A stretch of DNA of 64,000 nucleotides, taken from contig CAWCKY010000007.1 of the NCBI GenBank assembly GCA_963796275.1, positions 384,001 through 448,000 of the forward strand. The letters run 5' to 3'. This DNA comes from an uncultured Acidobacteriota bacterium (GTDB lineage Bacteria; Acidobacteriota; Blastocatellia; RBC074). Below are positions 46,895 to 57,218 of this stretch, one piece after another (positions within the stretch are counted from its first letter, which is position 1; the number at the start of each line of letters is the position of its first letter). Both the position numbers and the translations under genes were made by a program. The notes beneath the pieces were generated by a model, which was given only the letters and a program-made list of their open reading frames with translations, was not told the origin of the DNA and did not search any database.

Positions 46895-49800
46895 ATGACC
46901 ATTGATGAACTGCTTTTTGAACTCAGATCTAGGGGTGTGCAGCTTCGAAGGAGCGGGCACGAATTAGTTGTCCCTGGTAAGCCCGACCAACTGGAAGCGC
47001 TTCTGATTGATGAGTTGAAGGCGCATAAAACTGCATTGGTGGAGCTGATCGGCATTGACACCGACCTGTGGGTAGGAGTGAGCCGGGAGGAGCATAAGGC
47101 ATACTTTCGACGGTTGTTGGGAGGGGTGGAGGAGCCGACGGCGCCGTTTGGGATGTTGAATGTGAGAGGCGACGGGACGGGGATTGAAGAGGCAGGTCTG
47201 GAGGTGGATGCAGAACTGGGGAGGCGAGTGCGTGAGCGAGCGAGGAGGCTGGGAGTGAGTGCGGCGAGTCTGTTCCATGTGGCGTGGGGGCGAGTGCTGG
47301 CAGGGGTTTCGGGACTGGATGATGTGGTCTTTGGGACCTTGCTGCTGGGGCGCATGCAGGGGGGGCAGGGAGCGGACCAGGCGATGGGGCTGTTTATCAA
47401 CACGCTCCCGGTGCGAATCCGAGTCGGGGTGGAAAGTGTCGAGGAGAGCGTGCGGGGAGTGCATCTGCAACTGGCGGAACTGCTGAGGCACGAGCATGCC
47501 TCGCTGGCATTAGCGCAACGATGCAGCGGGGTGCCGGCGCCGAGACCGCTGTTTTCAGCGCTATTGAACTATCGGCATAACGCGGGAGAGGGGACTGAGA
47601 GCTCGGAAGAGCAAAGGAGGGTGTGGGAAGGCATTCGAGTCCTGTCGGGAGAGGAAAGGACCAACTATCCATGTACGCTCTCAGTGGATGATCTGGGAGA
47701 GGGTTTCCGGCTGACGTCGCAGGTGCAATCGCCGATTGAGCCGAAGAGGATCTGCGAGTACATGCATATCGGCCTGGCTTCGCTGGTGGAGGCGCTGGAA
47801 AGAGAGCCGGAGCGGCGGGTCATGAGTATAGATATCCTGACGGAGCGTGAGCGGAGGAAAGTGCTGTACGAGTGGAACGAGACGGAGGTGGAGTACCCGC
47901 GGGAGAGATGTGTTCACGAGTTGTTTGAAGAGCAGGTGGAGAAGAGCGCGGACGCAGTGGCGGTGGTGTTTGAGAATGAATACCTGAGCTATGCAGAGCT
48001 GAACCGGCGGGCGAACCAATTGGGCCACTATCTGCAGAGGAGGGGAGTGGGGCCGGAGGTAGTGGTGGGGGTACGTCTGGAGCGGTCGGTGGAGATGGTG
48101 GTAGGAGTTTTAGGAGTGCTCAAGGCGGGAGGGGCCTATCTGCCTATAGATACGCAAACGCCGCTGGAGAGGGTGAGATATATGCTGGAGGATGCAGCCG
48201 TCAGGGTGATCCTGACGAAGGAGATGTTGGCGGATGATATGGGGCAGATCATCAGCCTGGATGAGGAATGGGAAAAGATCAGTGAGGAGAACGAGGGTGA
48301 GCCGGAGAGCGGGGTAGTAGCAGAGAACCTAGCCTATGTCATATACACATCCGGGTCGACCGGCCAACCCAAGGGTGTGGGCATATCTAATCGCAGCCTG
48401 ACCAACCTGATCTGCTGGCACCAGCGGGAATTCGATGTGAGCGCCGCCGATCATGCGACTCAACTGGCGGGAGTCAGTTTCGATGCCTCAATCTGGGAAA
48501 TATGGCCCTACCTAACGTCCGGAGCCAGCCTGCACATCGTCGAAGAGGCGAAGCGTGGTGAAGCGCCGGAACTGATCAGATGGATGGTCGAAGAGGGCAT
48601 TACCATTAGTTTCCTGCCAACCCCATTGGCAGAGCTGGCACTGAGTGAGCGTTGGCCTGAAACCACGAGTTTACGAACGATGCTGACCGGAGGTGAAGAG
48701 CTGAGATCGGGAGAGCGGCCCGCAGCGCCATTCACACTGGTTAACAACTATGGACCGACGGAGTACACCGTGGTGACGACCTCCATTCGAGTCGACGAGA
48801 GTTGTAAGGAGAAGCCTCCGATCGGACGCGGGATCGCGAACACATCCATCTATCTGCTTGACGAACAATTAGAGCCTGTACCGGTAGGAGTAAGAGGGGA
48901 ACTCTACGTCTCAGGAGCTGGTTTGGCGAGAGGTTATGTGGGAAAGCCGAAGCAAACGGCAGAGAGATTCATCCCCCACTTTTTGAGCGGAAGGGATGGC
49001 GAAAGATTGTACCGGACGGGAGACATCGGCAGGTATCGACCGGATGGAAAGATCGACTTCGAGGGACGTGTCGATCATCAGGTGAAGGTTCGAGGATTCC
49101 GGATCGAGTTGGGAGAGATCGAAGCGAGGTTGCTGGAGCACGAGGCCGTGCGGGAAGCGGTGGTGATGGCGCGCGAAGAGCGGCCCGGCGACAAGCGATT
49201 GGTCGCCTACTACACCAGTGCCGAGCAGGCGGAAGGCGGAGCGGGAGCGGAGGCGCTGAGGACGCATCTATTGGCGAAGCTGCCGGAGTACATGGTGCCG
49301 GCCGCGTATGTGCGGCTGGAGTCGTTGCCGTTGACGCCCAATGGGAAGCTGGACCGCAAAGGGCTGCCGGAGCCGGAGACCGGGGCCTATGTGATGCGCG
49401 AATACGAGGCACCGGTGGGGGAGGTCGAAGAGACGCTGGCAGTCCTCTGGGAGGAGTTGCTCAAGCTGGAGGGGGTGGGCCGTCACGACAACTTCTTCGG
49501 GCTGGGTGGACACTCGCTGTTGGCGGTGACGCTGGCCGAGCGTATGCGTCGGGCAGGGCTGCAGGTCGATGTCAGAGCCCTGTTTGCAACATCGACGCTG
49601 GCTGAGCTGGCCTCGGCAGTGGGGCCGCAGGCTGATGCGATCGAGGCGCCGCCGAACCGGATTCCGTCCGGGTGCACAGCGATCACGCCGGAGATGCTGC
49701 CGCTGGTGCGGTTGAGCGCGGAAGAGATGGAAGGCCTGATCTCCGGTGTGCCGGGAGGAGCAGCCAATATCCAGGATATATATCCGCTGGCGCCGTTGCA

Positions 49801-52800
49801 GGAGGGCATCCTGTTCCATCACCTGATGGGTGGAGAAAGTGATCCGTACGTGATCGGCATCCAGATGAGCTTCGACAGTCGCGCGAGGCTGGACGCGTAC
49901 TTGGAGGCCATGCAGGCGGTGATCGATCGTCACGACATCCTGCGGACGGCGGTGATGTGGGAGGGGCTTCCGGAGCCGGTGCAGGTGGTGTGGCGCAAAG
50001 CGCCGCTGATGGTGGAGGAGGTGGAGCTGGATGCGGCGGGCAGCGATGTGGCCGAGCAGATGTACGAGCGATTCCATCCGCGGCGTTACCGAATAGACGT
50101 GCGCCGTGCGCCGCTGCAGCGGGTTTATCTGGCCTATGATCGAGCCAATGGGCGCTGGTTGCTGACGGAGTTGCAGCATCACTTGACGATGGATCACGGT
50201 ACGCAGGAGGTGATGGAGAAGGAGATCGAAGCGCATCTGCTGGGGAAGGCTGATGGACTGCCGAGGCCGCTGCCGTTCCGCAACCTTGTGGCGCAGGCGC
50301 GCTTAGGAGTGAGCCGGGAGGAGCATGAGGCATACTTTCGACGGTTGTTGGGAGGGGTGGAGGAGCCGACGGCGCCGTTTGGGATGCTGGATGTGAGAGG
50401 CGACGGGACGGAGATTGAAGAAGCACGTCTGGAGGTGGATGCAGAACTGGGGAGGCGAGTGCGTGAGCGAGCGAGGAGGCTGGGAGTGAGTGCGGCGAGT
50501 CTGTTCCATGTAGCGTGGGGGCGAGTGCTGGCAGGGGTTTCGGGACTGGATGATGTGGTCTTTGGGACCTTGCTGCTGGGGCGCATGCAGGGGGGGCAGG
50601 GAGCGGACCAGGCGATGGGGCTGTTTATCAACACGCTCCCGGTGCGAATCCGAGTCGGGGTGGAAAGTGTCGAGGAGAGCGTGCGGGGAGTGCATCTGCA
50701 ACTGGCGGAACTGCTGAGGCACGAGCATGCCTCGCTGGCATTAGCGCAACGATGCAGCGGGGTGCCGGCGCCGAGCCCGCTGTTTTCAGCGCTATTGAAC
50801 TATCGACATAGCGCGGGAGAGGGGACTGAGAGCTCGGAAGAGCAAAGGAGGGCATGGGAAGGCATCCGAGTCCTGTCTGGAGAGGAAAGGACCAACTATC
50901 CATGTACGCTCTCAGTGGATGATCTGGGAGAGGGTTTCCGGCTGACGTCGCAGGTGCAATCGCCGATTGAGCCGAAGAGGATCTGCGAGTACATGCATAT
51001 CGGCCTGGCTTCGCTGGTGGAGGCGCTGGAAAGAGAGCCGGAGCGGCGGGTCAGGAGTATAGATATCCTGACGGAGCGTGAGCGGAGGAAAGTGCTGTAC
51101 GAGTGGAACGAGACGGAGGCGGAGTACCCGCGGGAGAGATGTGTTCACGAGTTGTTTGAAGAGCAGGTGGAGAAGAGCGCGGACGCAGTGGCGGTGGTGT
51201 TTGAGAATGAATACCTGAGCTATGCAGAGCTGAACCGGCGGGCGAACCGACTGGCCCATTATTTAAGAGGGTTGGGCGTGAGTCCGGATGCACGGGTGGC
51301 GATCTGTGTGGAGCGGAGCCTGGAGATGGTGATCAGCCTGTTGGCCATCCTCAAGGCGGGTGGGGCCTATGTACCGCTCGACCCCGCTTACCCGGCGGAA
51401 CGATTGCGTTTCATGCTGGCTGACAGCGAGCCGGTGGCGTTATTGACCCAAGGCCATCTGCAGAGCGTGTTTACGGAGCTAAGCGCCAGCTTGTCGGTGG
51501 TAGACATCTCTGAAGCACCCAAATGGCGAGAGCAGCCGGAGAGCAATCTTGATGGTGGAAGTATCGGACTCACTCCAGAACATCTGGCATACGTGATATA
51601 CACGTCGGGCTCTACCGGAACACCGAAGGGCGTCATGGTGCAACACCGAGGGCTATGCAATCTAGCGGTAGTAGAGAAGGAGGCCTTCGGATTGGGAGAT
51701 CGATCGCGCGTCCTGCAATTCGCATCCTTGAGTTTCGATGCCTCAGTATGGGAGGTTTTCAGCACGTTGATAGCTGGAGGAAGCTTATATGTGCACGAAC
51801 AGGAGAACTTGATGCCAGGAGATGGTCTGAGGAGGGTATTGCAGGAGGATCAGATTACGGTAGTGACGATGCCGCCAAGCGTGCTGGCGGTGATTGGGGA
51901 AGAAGAGTTGAGTCACCTAGAGACGGTAATAGCGGCAGGGGAGGCGTGTAGCGCCGAGATAGTAGAGAGATGGGCGAGGGGAAGGAGATTCTTTGACGCC
52001 TACGGACCGACAGAGTCGACGGTCTGCGCGAGTATGGGGGAATGCGAAGCCGGGTCCAATCGAAAGCCGGCCATCGGGAGGCCAATAGCGAATATGCAAC
52101 TCTACCTACTCGACGGAGAGTTGGAGCCGGTACCTCTGGGAGTGAAAGGAGAGTTGTATATAGCTGGGGCTGGTTTGGCGAGAGGCTATTGTGGAAGACC
52201 GGACCTGACGGCCGAGAGATTTGTCCCGAACAAATTCGGAGGAGAAAGCAGAGGAAGGCTATACCGGACGGGGGATGTGGGCAGGTATTTGTCGGACGGG
52301 AGGATAGAGTTCATAGGGCGGATAGACGGACAGGTGAAGATTCGAGGATTCCGGATCGAGTTGGGAGAGATCGAAGCGAGGTTGCTGGAGCACGAGGCAG
52401 TGCGGGAAGCGGTGGTGATGGCGCGCGAAGAGCGGCCCGGCGACAAGCGATTGGTCGCCTACTACACCAGTGCCGAGCAGGCGGAAGGCGGAGCGGGAGC
52501 GGAGGCGCTGAGGACGCATCTATTGGCGAAGCTGCCGGAGTACATGGTGCCGGCCGCGTATGTGCGGCTGGAGTCGTTGCCGTTGACGCCCAATGGGAAG
52601 CTGGACCGCAAGGGGCTGCCGGAGCCGGAGGCCGGGGCCTATGTGATGCGCGAATACGAGGCACCGGTGGGGGAGGTCGAAGAGACGCTGGCAGCCCTCT
52701 GGGAGGAGCTGCTCAAGCTGGAGGGGGTGGGCCGTCACGACAACTTCTTCGGGCTGGGTGGACACTCGCTGTTGGCGGTGACGCTGGCCGAGCGTATGCG

Positions 52801-55800
52801 TCGGGCAGGGCTGCAGGTCGATGTCAGAGCCCTGTTTGCAACATCGACCCTGGCTGAGCTGGCCTCGGCAGTGGGGCCGCAGGCTGATGCGATCGAGGCG
52901 CCGCCGAACCGGATTCCGTCCGGGTGCACAGCGATCACGCCGGAGATGCTGCCGCTGGTGCGGTTGAGCGCGGAAGAGATGGAAGGCCTGATCTCCGGTG
53001 TGCCGGGAGGAGCAGCCAATATCCAGGATATATATCCGCTGGCGCCGTTGCAGGAGGGCATCCTGTTCCATCACCTGATGGGTGGAGAAAGTGATCCGTA
53101 CGTGATCGGCGTCCAGATGAGCTTCGACAGCCGCGCGAGGCTGGACGCGTACTTGGAGGCCATGCAGGCGGTGATCGATCGTCACGACATCCTGCGGACG
53201 GCGGTGATGTGGGAGGGGCTTCCGGAGCCGGTGCAGGTGGTGTGGCGCAAAGCGCCGCTGATGGTGGAGGAGGTGGAGCTGGATGCGGCGGGCAGCGATG
53301 TGGCCGAGCAGATGTACGAGCGATTCCATCCGCGGCGTTACCGAATAGACGTGCGCCGTGCGCCGCTGCAGCGGGTTTATCTGGCCTATGATCGAGCCAA
53401 TGGGCGCTGGTTGCTGACGGAGTTGCAGCATCACTTGACGATGGATCACGGTACGCAGGAGGTGATGGAGAAGGAGATCGAAGCGCATCTGCTGGGGAAG
53501 GCGGATGGACTGCCGAAGCCGCTGCCGTTCCGCAACCTTGTGGCGCAGGCGCGCTTAGGAGTGAGCCGGGAGGAGCATGAGGCATACTTTCGACGGTTGT
53601 TGGGAGAGGTGGAGGAGCCGACGGCGCCGTTTGAGATGCTGGATGTGAGAGGCGACGGGACGGAGATTGAAGAAGCACGTCTGGAGGTGGATGCAGAACT
53701 GGGGAGGCGAGTGCGTGAGCGAGCGAGGAGGCTGGGAGTGAGTGCGGCGAGTCTGTTCCATGTGGCGTGGGGGCGAGTGCTGGCAGGGGTTTCGGGACTG
53801 GATGATGTGGTCTTTGGGACCTTGCTGCTGGGGCGCATGCAGGGGGGGCAGGGAGCGGACCAGGTGATGGGGCTGTTTATCAACACGCTCCCGGTGCGAA
53901 TCCGAGTCGGGGTGGAAAGTGTCGAGGAGAGCGTGCGGGGAGTGCATCTGCAGCTGGCGGAACTGCTGAGGCACGAGCATGCCTCGCTGGCATTAGCGCA
54001 ACGATGCAGCGGGGTGCCGGCGCCGAGCCCGCTGTTTTCAACGCTATTGAACTATCGACATAGCGCGGGAGAGGGGACTGAGAGCTCGGAAGAGCAAAGG
54101 AGGGCGTGGGAAGGCATTCGAGTCCTGTCGGGAGAGGAAAGGACCAACTATCCATGTACGCTCTCAGTGGATGATCTGGGAGAGGGTTTCCGGCTGACGT
54201 CGCAGGTGCAATCGCCGATTGAGCCGAAGAGGATCTGCGAGTACATGCACATCGGTCTGGCTTCGCTGGTGGAGGCGCTGGAAAGAGAGCCAAAGCGGCG
54301 GGTCAGGAGTATAGATATCCTGACGGAGCGTGAGCGGAGGAAAGTGCTGTACGAGTGGAACGAGACGGAGGCGGAGTACCCGCGGGAGAGATGTGTTCAC
54401 GAGTTGTTTGAAGAGCAGGTGGAGAAGGTCCCGGATGCGATCGCGGTGGAGGATGGGGAGTTGAAGGTGAGCTACCGGGAGTTGAATGAGAGGGCCAACC
54501 GGTTGGGGAATTATCTGCGGCTGTTGGGAGTGGTGCCGGGGTCGAGGGTGGGGATCATGCTCGAACGGTCAATCAGCCTGGTCGTAGCGCAACTGGCGGT
54601 GCTGAAGTGCGGGGCTGCCTATGTGCCGATCGACTCGACGTTTCCCGAAGAGCGTCAGGTCTGGATAGTGGAAGAGTGCGAGGCGAGAGTGATTCTGACG
54701 AGTAGTAGTGAGCCGTTGGCGGCGGCGCTGAGAGAGCGGGGAGTGAATCTCGATGAGACGAGATTGAGCGAAGTTCCATCAGGGAATCTGAGGCTGGCAG
54801 TGGATAGTGAGCAGGCGGGCTATGTGATCTACACGTCAGGGTCGACGGGGAAACCGAAGGGGGTGATGGTGCCGCATCGGGCGATCTTGAGGTTGGTGAT
54901 CAACTGCGGGTATGCGGATTTCAATGCCGAGGATCGAGTGGCGTTCAACTCGAATCCGGCGTTCGATGCGGCGACGCTGGAAGTCTGGGCGACGCTGCTG
55001 CACGGAGGGAGCCTGGTGGTGATCCCGAAGGAGACGATGCTGAACCCGGCGGCGCTGGGAAGTCAGCTGTTGAGAGCAGAGGTTACGGTGCTGCATCTGG
55101 TGGCGGGACTGTTGGGAGCCTATCCGGAGGAGTTAAGGATGATAATCCCGCGGCTGAGGTATCTGCTGACGGGAGGAGATGTGGTGGATCCGCGAGCGGT
55201 GAAGGAGATTCTGAGAGCCAATCCGCCGGAGAGAATTGTGCACTGTTACGGACCATCGGAGAGCACGACCTTCGCGACGACACATGAGGTGAAGGAGGTG
55301 GAGGAGGGAGCGATGAGAATCCCAATCGGGCGCCCGATCGGGAATACGCGAATCTATCTGCTGGATGAGGAGGGAGAACCGGTGCCGGTCGGAGTGAGAG
55401 GAGAGATTTACATCGGTGGTGAGGGATTGGGACACGGATACCTGAATCGAGCGGGGTTGACGGCGGAGAGATTCGTGGCGGATCCGTTCACGGAGCAACC
55501 TGGGGCAAGGATGTACCGGACGGGAGATGTGGGTAGATACCTGGCAGACGGCGCGATCGAGTTCTTGGGGAGGAACGATCATCAGATCAAGATCCGAGGA
55601 TTCCGGATCGAGTTGAGAGAGATCGAAGCGAGGTTGCTGGAGCACGAGGCAGTGCGGGAAGCGGTGGTGATGGCGCGCGAAGAGCGGCCCGGCGACAAGC
55701 GTTTGGTCGCCTACTACACCAGTGCCGAGCAGGCCGAGGGCGGCGTGGGAGCGGAGGCGCTGAGGACGCATCTATTGGCGAAGCTGCCGGAGTACATGGT

Positions 55801-56995
55801 GCCGGCCGCGTATGTGCGGCTGGAGTCGTTGCCGTTGACGCCCAATGGGAAGCTGGACCGCAAGGGGCTGCCGGAGCCGGAGGCCGGGGCCTATGTGATG
55901 CGCGAATACGAGGCACCGGTGGGGGAGGTCGAAGAGACGCTGGCAGCCCTCTGGGAGGAGCTGCTCAAGCTGGAGCGGGTGGGCCGTCACGACAACTTCT
56001 TTGAGCTGGGCGGACACTCGCTCCTAATTCTACGGGTGGTCAATCTTCTTGCACAAACGGGTTTAATAATCCTGGTAACTGACCTGTTCGAATATCCGAC
56101 TCCTAAACTACTTGCCGAACGCATCAAATCTTGCGGTGACCACAGCTCATCTGACGAAGTAATATGCATCAGAAAGGGCGGTCCGGAATCTCCGCTCTTT
56201 CTGGTGCACGAATGTACAGGCTATATATTTTATGCTCGCACGCTCAGCCAATATCTAGATCCCGACATACCTGTTTATGGCCTCCCTCCCCAATCCACGG
56301 ACGAACCTCAGTTGCGAACTGTGGAAGCATTAGCAAGGCGAATGGTTCGAATGATCCGCACAGCTCGGCCCAAAGGTCCGTACCGCATCGCTGGTTACTC
56401 GTTTGGTGGCCTTTTAGCGTACGAGATCGCTCTGCAGCTTATCGGAGCAGGTGAAGAAGTTGAGTTTGTAGGAATGCTGGACACCAGCCATCCTAGCCTG
56501 AAACGGATAGCGGAACTTGATCAAGTTACTATCGATGACCGGGAGGAGATGCTAATGGAACAGCTAGATATTGGATATTTGGAGCCTGGTATGGGCGAAG
56601 AGCAGGGACTGGCGTTTACCGAGTTGATATCAAAATCAGCAACAATCGAATTCGACTCACTGCTTGCGGATGTTCGACGTATGTCGCTGCTGCCACTACA
56701 TTTGATAGATTCTACGGATACGCAATTACGCCAGGTATTTATTCGCTCTTACATATTCAGATTGGCTGCATCGATGTACTCCGCCCAACGCATTCCAATT
56801 CCCGTCTATTTGTTCTTGGCCGAAGCAAGCCACGACTCTGCACCTTTTCTAGGTTGGAGCGGGTGCATAATGGAAGGCCAAATTCGCGTGATACACACCG
56901 CAGGAACACACGGTTCCATGATGATGCAGCCTCATGTCAAACCGATCGGTCAGGCGTTATCAACTATCATTCGCAACCTGTCGCCGAGTAGCTAA
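46895..56995 (+). CDS. Non-ribosomal peptide synthetase: TubC_N-like - half C - A(Leu) - T - dual E/C - A(Phe) - T - dual E/C - A(unclear) - T - TE
   Basis: Three YTSGSTG A domains, three GGHSL T domains, two C domains with both FHHLM..D and HHLTMDH motifs, TE GYSFG; ATG 46895 with AGGAG RBS; codes read by eye: DAWFLGNVVK, DAWTIAAVCK, DALHLGCTFK. Confidence 0.95.
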   Translation: MTIDELLFELRSRGVQLRRSGHELVVPGKPDQLEALLIDELKAHKTALVELIGIDTDLWVGVSREEHKAYFRRLLGGVEEPTAPFGMLNVRGDGTGIEEAGLEVDAELGRRVRERARRLGVSAASLFHVAWGRVLAGVSGLDDVVFGTLLLGRMQGGQGADQAMGLFINTLPVRIRVGVESVEESVRGVHLQLAELLRHEHASLALAQRCSGVPAPRPLFSALLNYRHNAGEGTESSEEQRRVWEGIRVLSGEERTNYPCTLSVDDLGEGFRLTSQVQSPIEPKRICEYMHIGLASLVEALEREPERRVMSIDILTERERRKVLYEWNETEVEYPRERCVHELFEEQVEKSADAVAVVFENEYLSYAELNRRANQLGHYLQRRGVGPEVVVGVRLERSVEMVVGVLGVLKAGGAYLPIDTQTPLERVRYMLEDAAVRVILTKEMLADDMGQIISLDEEWEKISEENEGEPESGVVAENLAYVIYTSGSTGQPKGVGISNRSLTNLICWHQREFDVSAADHATQLAGVSFDASIWEIWPYLTSGASLHIVEEAKRGEAPELIRWMVEEGITISFLPTPLAELALSERWPETTSLRTMLTGGEELRSGERPAAPFTLVNNYGPTEYTVVTTSIRVDESCKEKPPIGRGIANTSIYLLDEQLEPVPVGVRGELYVSGAGLARGYVGKPKQTAERFIPHFLSGRDGERLYRTGDIGRYRPDGKIDFEGRVDHQVKVRGFRIELGEIEARLLEHEAVREAVVMAREERPGDKRLVAYYTSAEQAEGGAGAEALRTHLLAKLPEYMVPAAYVRLESLPLTPNGKLDRKGLPEPETGAYVMREYEAPVGEVEETLAVLWEELLKLEGVGRHDNFFGLGGHSLLAVTLAERMRRAGLQVDVRALFATSTLAELASAVGPQADAIEAPPNRIPSGCTAITPEMLPLVRLSAEEMEGLISGVPGGAANIQDIYPLAPLQEGILFHHLMGGESDPYVIGIQMSFDSRARLDAYLEAMQAVIDRHDILRTAVMWEGLPEPVQVVWRKAPLMVEEVELDAAGSDVAEQMYERFHPRRYRIDVRRAPLQRVYLAYDRANGRWLLTELQHHLTMDHGTQEVMEKEIEAHLLGKADGLPRPLPFRNLVAQARLGVSREEHEAYFRRLLGGVEEPTAPFGMLDVRGDGTEIEEARLEVDAELGRRVRERARRLGVSAASLFHVAWGRVLAGVSGLDDVVFGTLLLGRMQGGQGADQAMGLFINTLPVRIRVGVESVEESVRGVHLQLAELLRHEHASLALAQRCSGVPAPSPLFSALLNYRHSAGEGTESSEEQRRAWEGIRVLSGEERTNYPCTLSVDDLGEGFRLTSQVQSPIEPKRICEYMHIGLASLVEALEREPERRVRSIDILTERERRKVLYEWNETEAEYPRERCVHELFEEQVEKSADAVAVVFENEYLSYAELNRRANRLAHYLRGLGVSPDARVAICVERSLEMVISLLAILKAGGAYVPLDPAYPAERLRFMLADSEPVALLTQGHLQSVFTELSASLSVVDISEAPKWREQPESNLDGGSIGLTPEHLAYVIYTSGSTGTPKGVMVQHRGLCNLAVVEKEAFGLGDRSRVLQFASLSFDASVWEVFSTLIAGGSLYVHEQENLMPGDGLRRVLQEDQITVVTMPPSVLAVIGEEELSHLETVIAAGEACSAEIVERWARGRRFFDAYGPTESTVCASMGECEAGSNRKPAIGRPIANMQLYLLDGELEPVPLGVKGELYIAGAGLARGYCGRPDLTAERFVPNKFGGESRGRLYRTGDVGRYLSDGRIEFIGRIDGQVKIRGFRIELGEIEARLLEHEAVREAVVMAREERPGDKRLVAYYTSAEQAEGGAGAEALRTHLLAKLPEYMVPAAYVRLESLPLTPNGKLDRKGLPEPEAGAYVMREYEAPVGEVEETLAALWEELLKLEGVGRHDNFFGLGGHSLLAVTLAERMRRAGLQVDVRALFATSTLAELASAVGPQADAIEAPPNRIPSGCTAITPEMLPLVRLSAEEMEGLISGVPGGAANIQDIYPLAPLQEGILFHHLMGGESDPYVIGVQMSFDSRARLDAYLEAMQAVIDRHDILRTAVMWEGLPEPVQVVWRKAPLMVEEVELDAAGSDVAEQMYERFHPRRYRIDVRRAPLQRVYLAYDRANGRWLLTELQHHLTMDHGTQEVMEKEIEAHLLGKADGLPKPLPFRNLVAQARLGVSREEHEAYFRRLLGEVEEPTAPFEMLDVRGDGTEIEEARLEVDAELGRRVRERARRLGVSAASLFHVAWGRVLAGVSGLDDVVFGTLLLGRMQGGQGADQVMGLFINTLPVRIRVGVESVEESVRGVHLQLAELLRHEHASLALAQRCSGVPAPSPLFSTLLNYRHSAGEGTESSEEQRRAWEGIRVLSGEERTNYPCTLSVDDLGEGFRLTSQVQSPIEPKRICEYMHIGLASLVEALEREPKRRVRSIDILTERERRKVLYEWNETEAEYPRERCVHELFEEQVEKVPDAIAVEDGELKVSYRELNERANRLGNYLRLLGVVPGSRVGIMLERSISLVVAQLAVLKCGAAYVPIDSTFPEERQVWIVEECEARVILTSSSEPLAAALRERGVNLDETRLSEVPSGNLRLAVDSEQAGYVIYTSGSTGKPKGVMVPHRAILRLVINCGYADFNAEDRVAFNSNPAFDAATLEVWATLLHGGSLVVIPKETMLNPAALGSQLLRAEVTVLHLVAGLLGAYPEELRMIIPRLRYLLTGGDVVDPRAVKEILRANPPERIVHCYGPSESTTFATTHEVKEVEEGAMRIPIGRPIGNTRIYLLDEEGEPVPVGVRGEIYIGGEGLGHGYLNRAGLTAERFVADPFTEQPGARMYRTGDVGRYLADGAIEFLGRNDHQIKIRGFRIELREIEARLLEHEAVREAVVMAREERPGDKRLVAYYTSAEQAEGGVGAEALRTHLLAKLPEYMVPAAYVRLESLPLTPNGKLDRKGLPEPEAGAYVMREYEAPVGEVEETLAALWEELLKLERVGRHDNFFELGGHSLLILRVVNLLAQTGLIILVTDLFEYPTPKLLAERIKSCGDHSSSDEVICIRKGGPESPLFLVHECTGYIFYARTLSQYLDPDIPVYGLPPQSTDEPQLRTVEALARRMVRMIRTARPKGPYRIAGYSFGGLLAYEIALQLIGAGEEVEFVGMLDTSHPSLKRIAELDQVTIDDREEMLMEQLDIGYLEPGMGEEQGLAFTELISKSATIEFDSLLADVRRMSLLPLHLIDSTDTQLRQVFIRSYIFRLAASMYSAQRIPIPVYLFLAEASHDSAPFLGWSGCIMEGQIRVIHTAGTHGSMMMQPHVKPIGQALSTIIRNLSPSS
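47073..56020 (+). repeat. Near-identical intragenic module repeats (offsets 3231 and 3252 bp)
   Basis: 47073-48017 ~ 50304-51248; 49089-51175 ~ 52341-54427; Asub-T segment repeated again from ~55595. Confidence 0.92.
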
Positions 56996-57176
56996 GCTCA
57001 ATGATTGGTGATGGATTGCCTGGGGCGTCCGTGTTCCAAGCATCAGGATTCGGTTAAACCTTCTTTTGAATAGGATTTATTTATTGCAATCGGAGAGCAA
57101 GACGATGAACTCGGAGAAAATATGGTGTGACCAGTGAGCATCGGTGACGCAAGATGTACCCAGCCCTCTGCCTGCC

Positions 57177-57218
57177 GAATTGAATTGAATTGAATTGATT
57201 GAATTGATTTGAATCAAT
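57177..57218. repeat. Short tandem repeat (GAATT)n at the 3' end of the Ldh gene
   Basis: gaattgaattgaattgaattgattgaattgatttgaatcaat. Confidence 0.7.

Noticed and set aside
47073-56020. Long repeats as a CRISPR array or mobile element
   Set aside because: They are kb-scale in-frame NRPS domain duplications with no repeat-spacer structure or cas genes
46882-56454. Many long antisense and alternate-frame ORFs over the NRPS
   Set aside because: Shadow ORFs caused by GC-rich codon bias; they repeat with the module repeats and have no protein motifs
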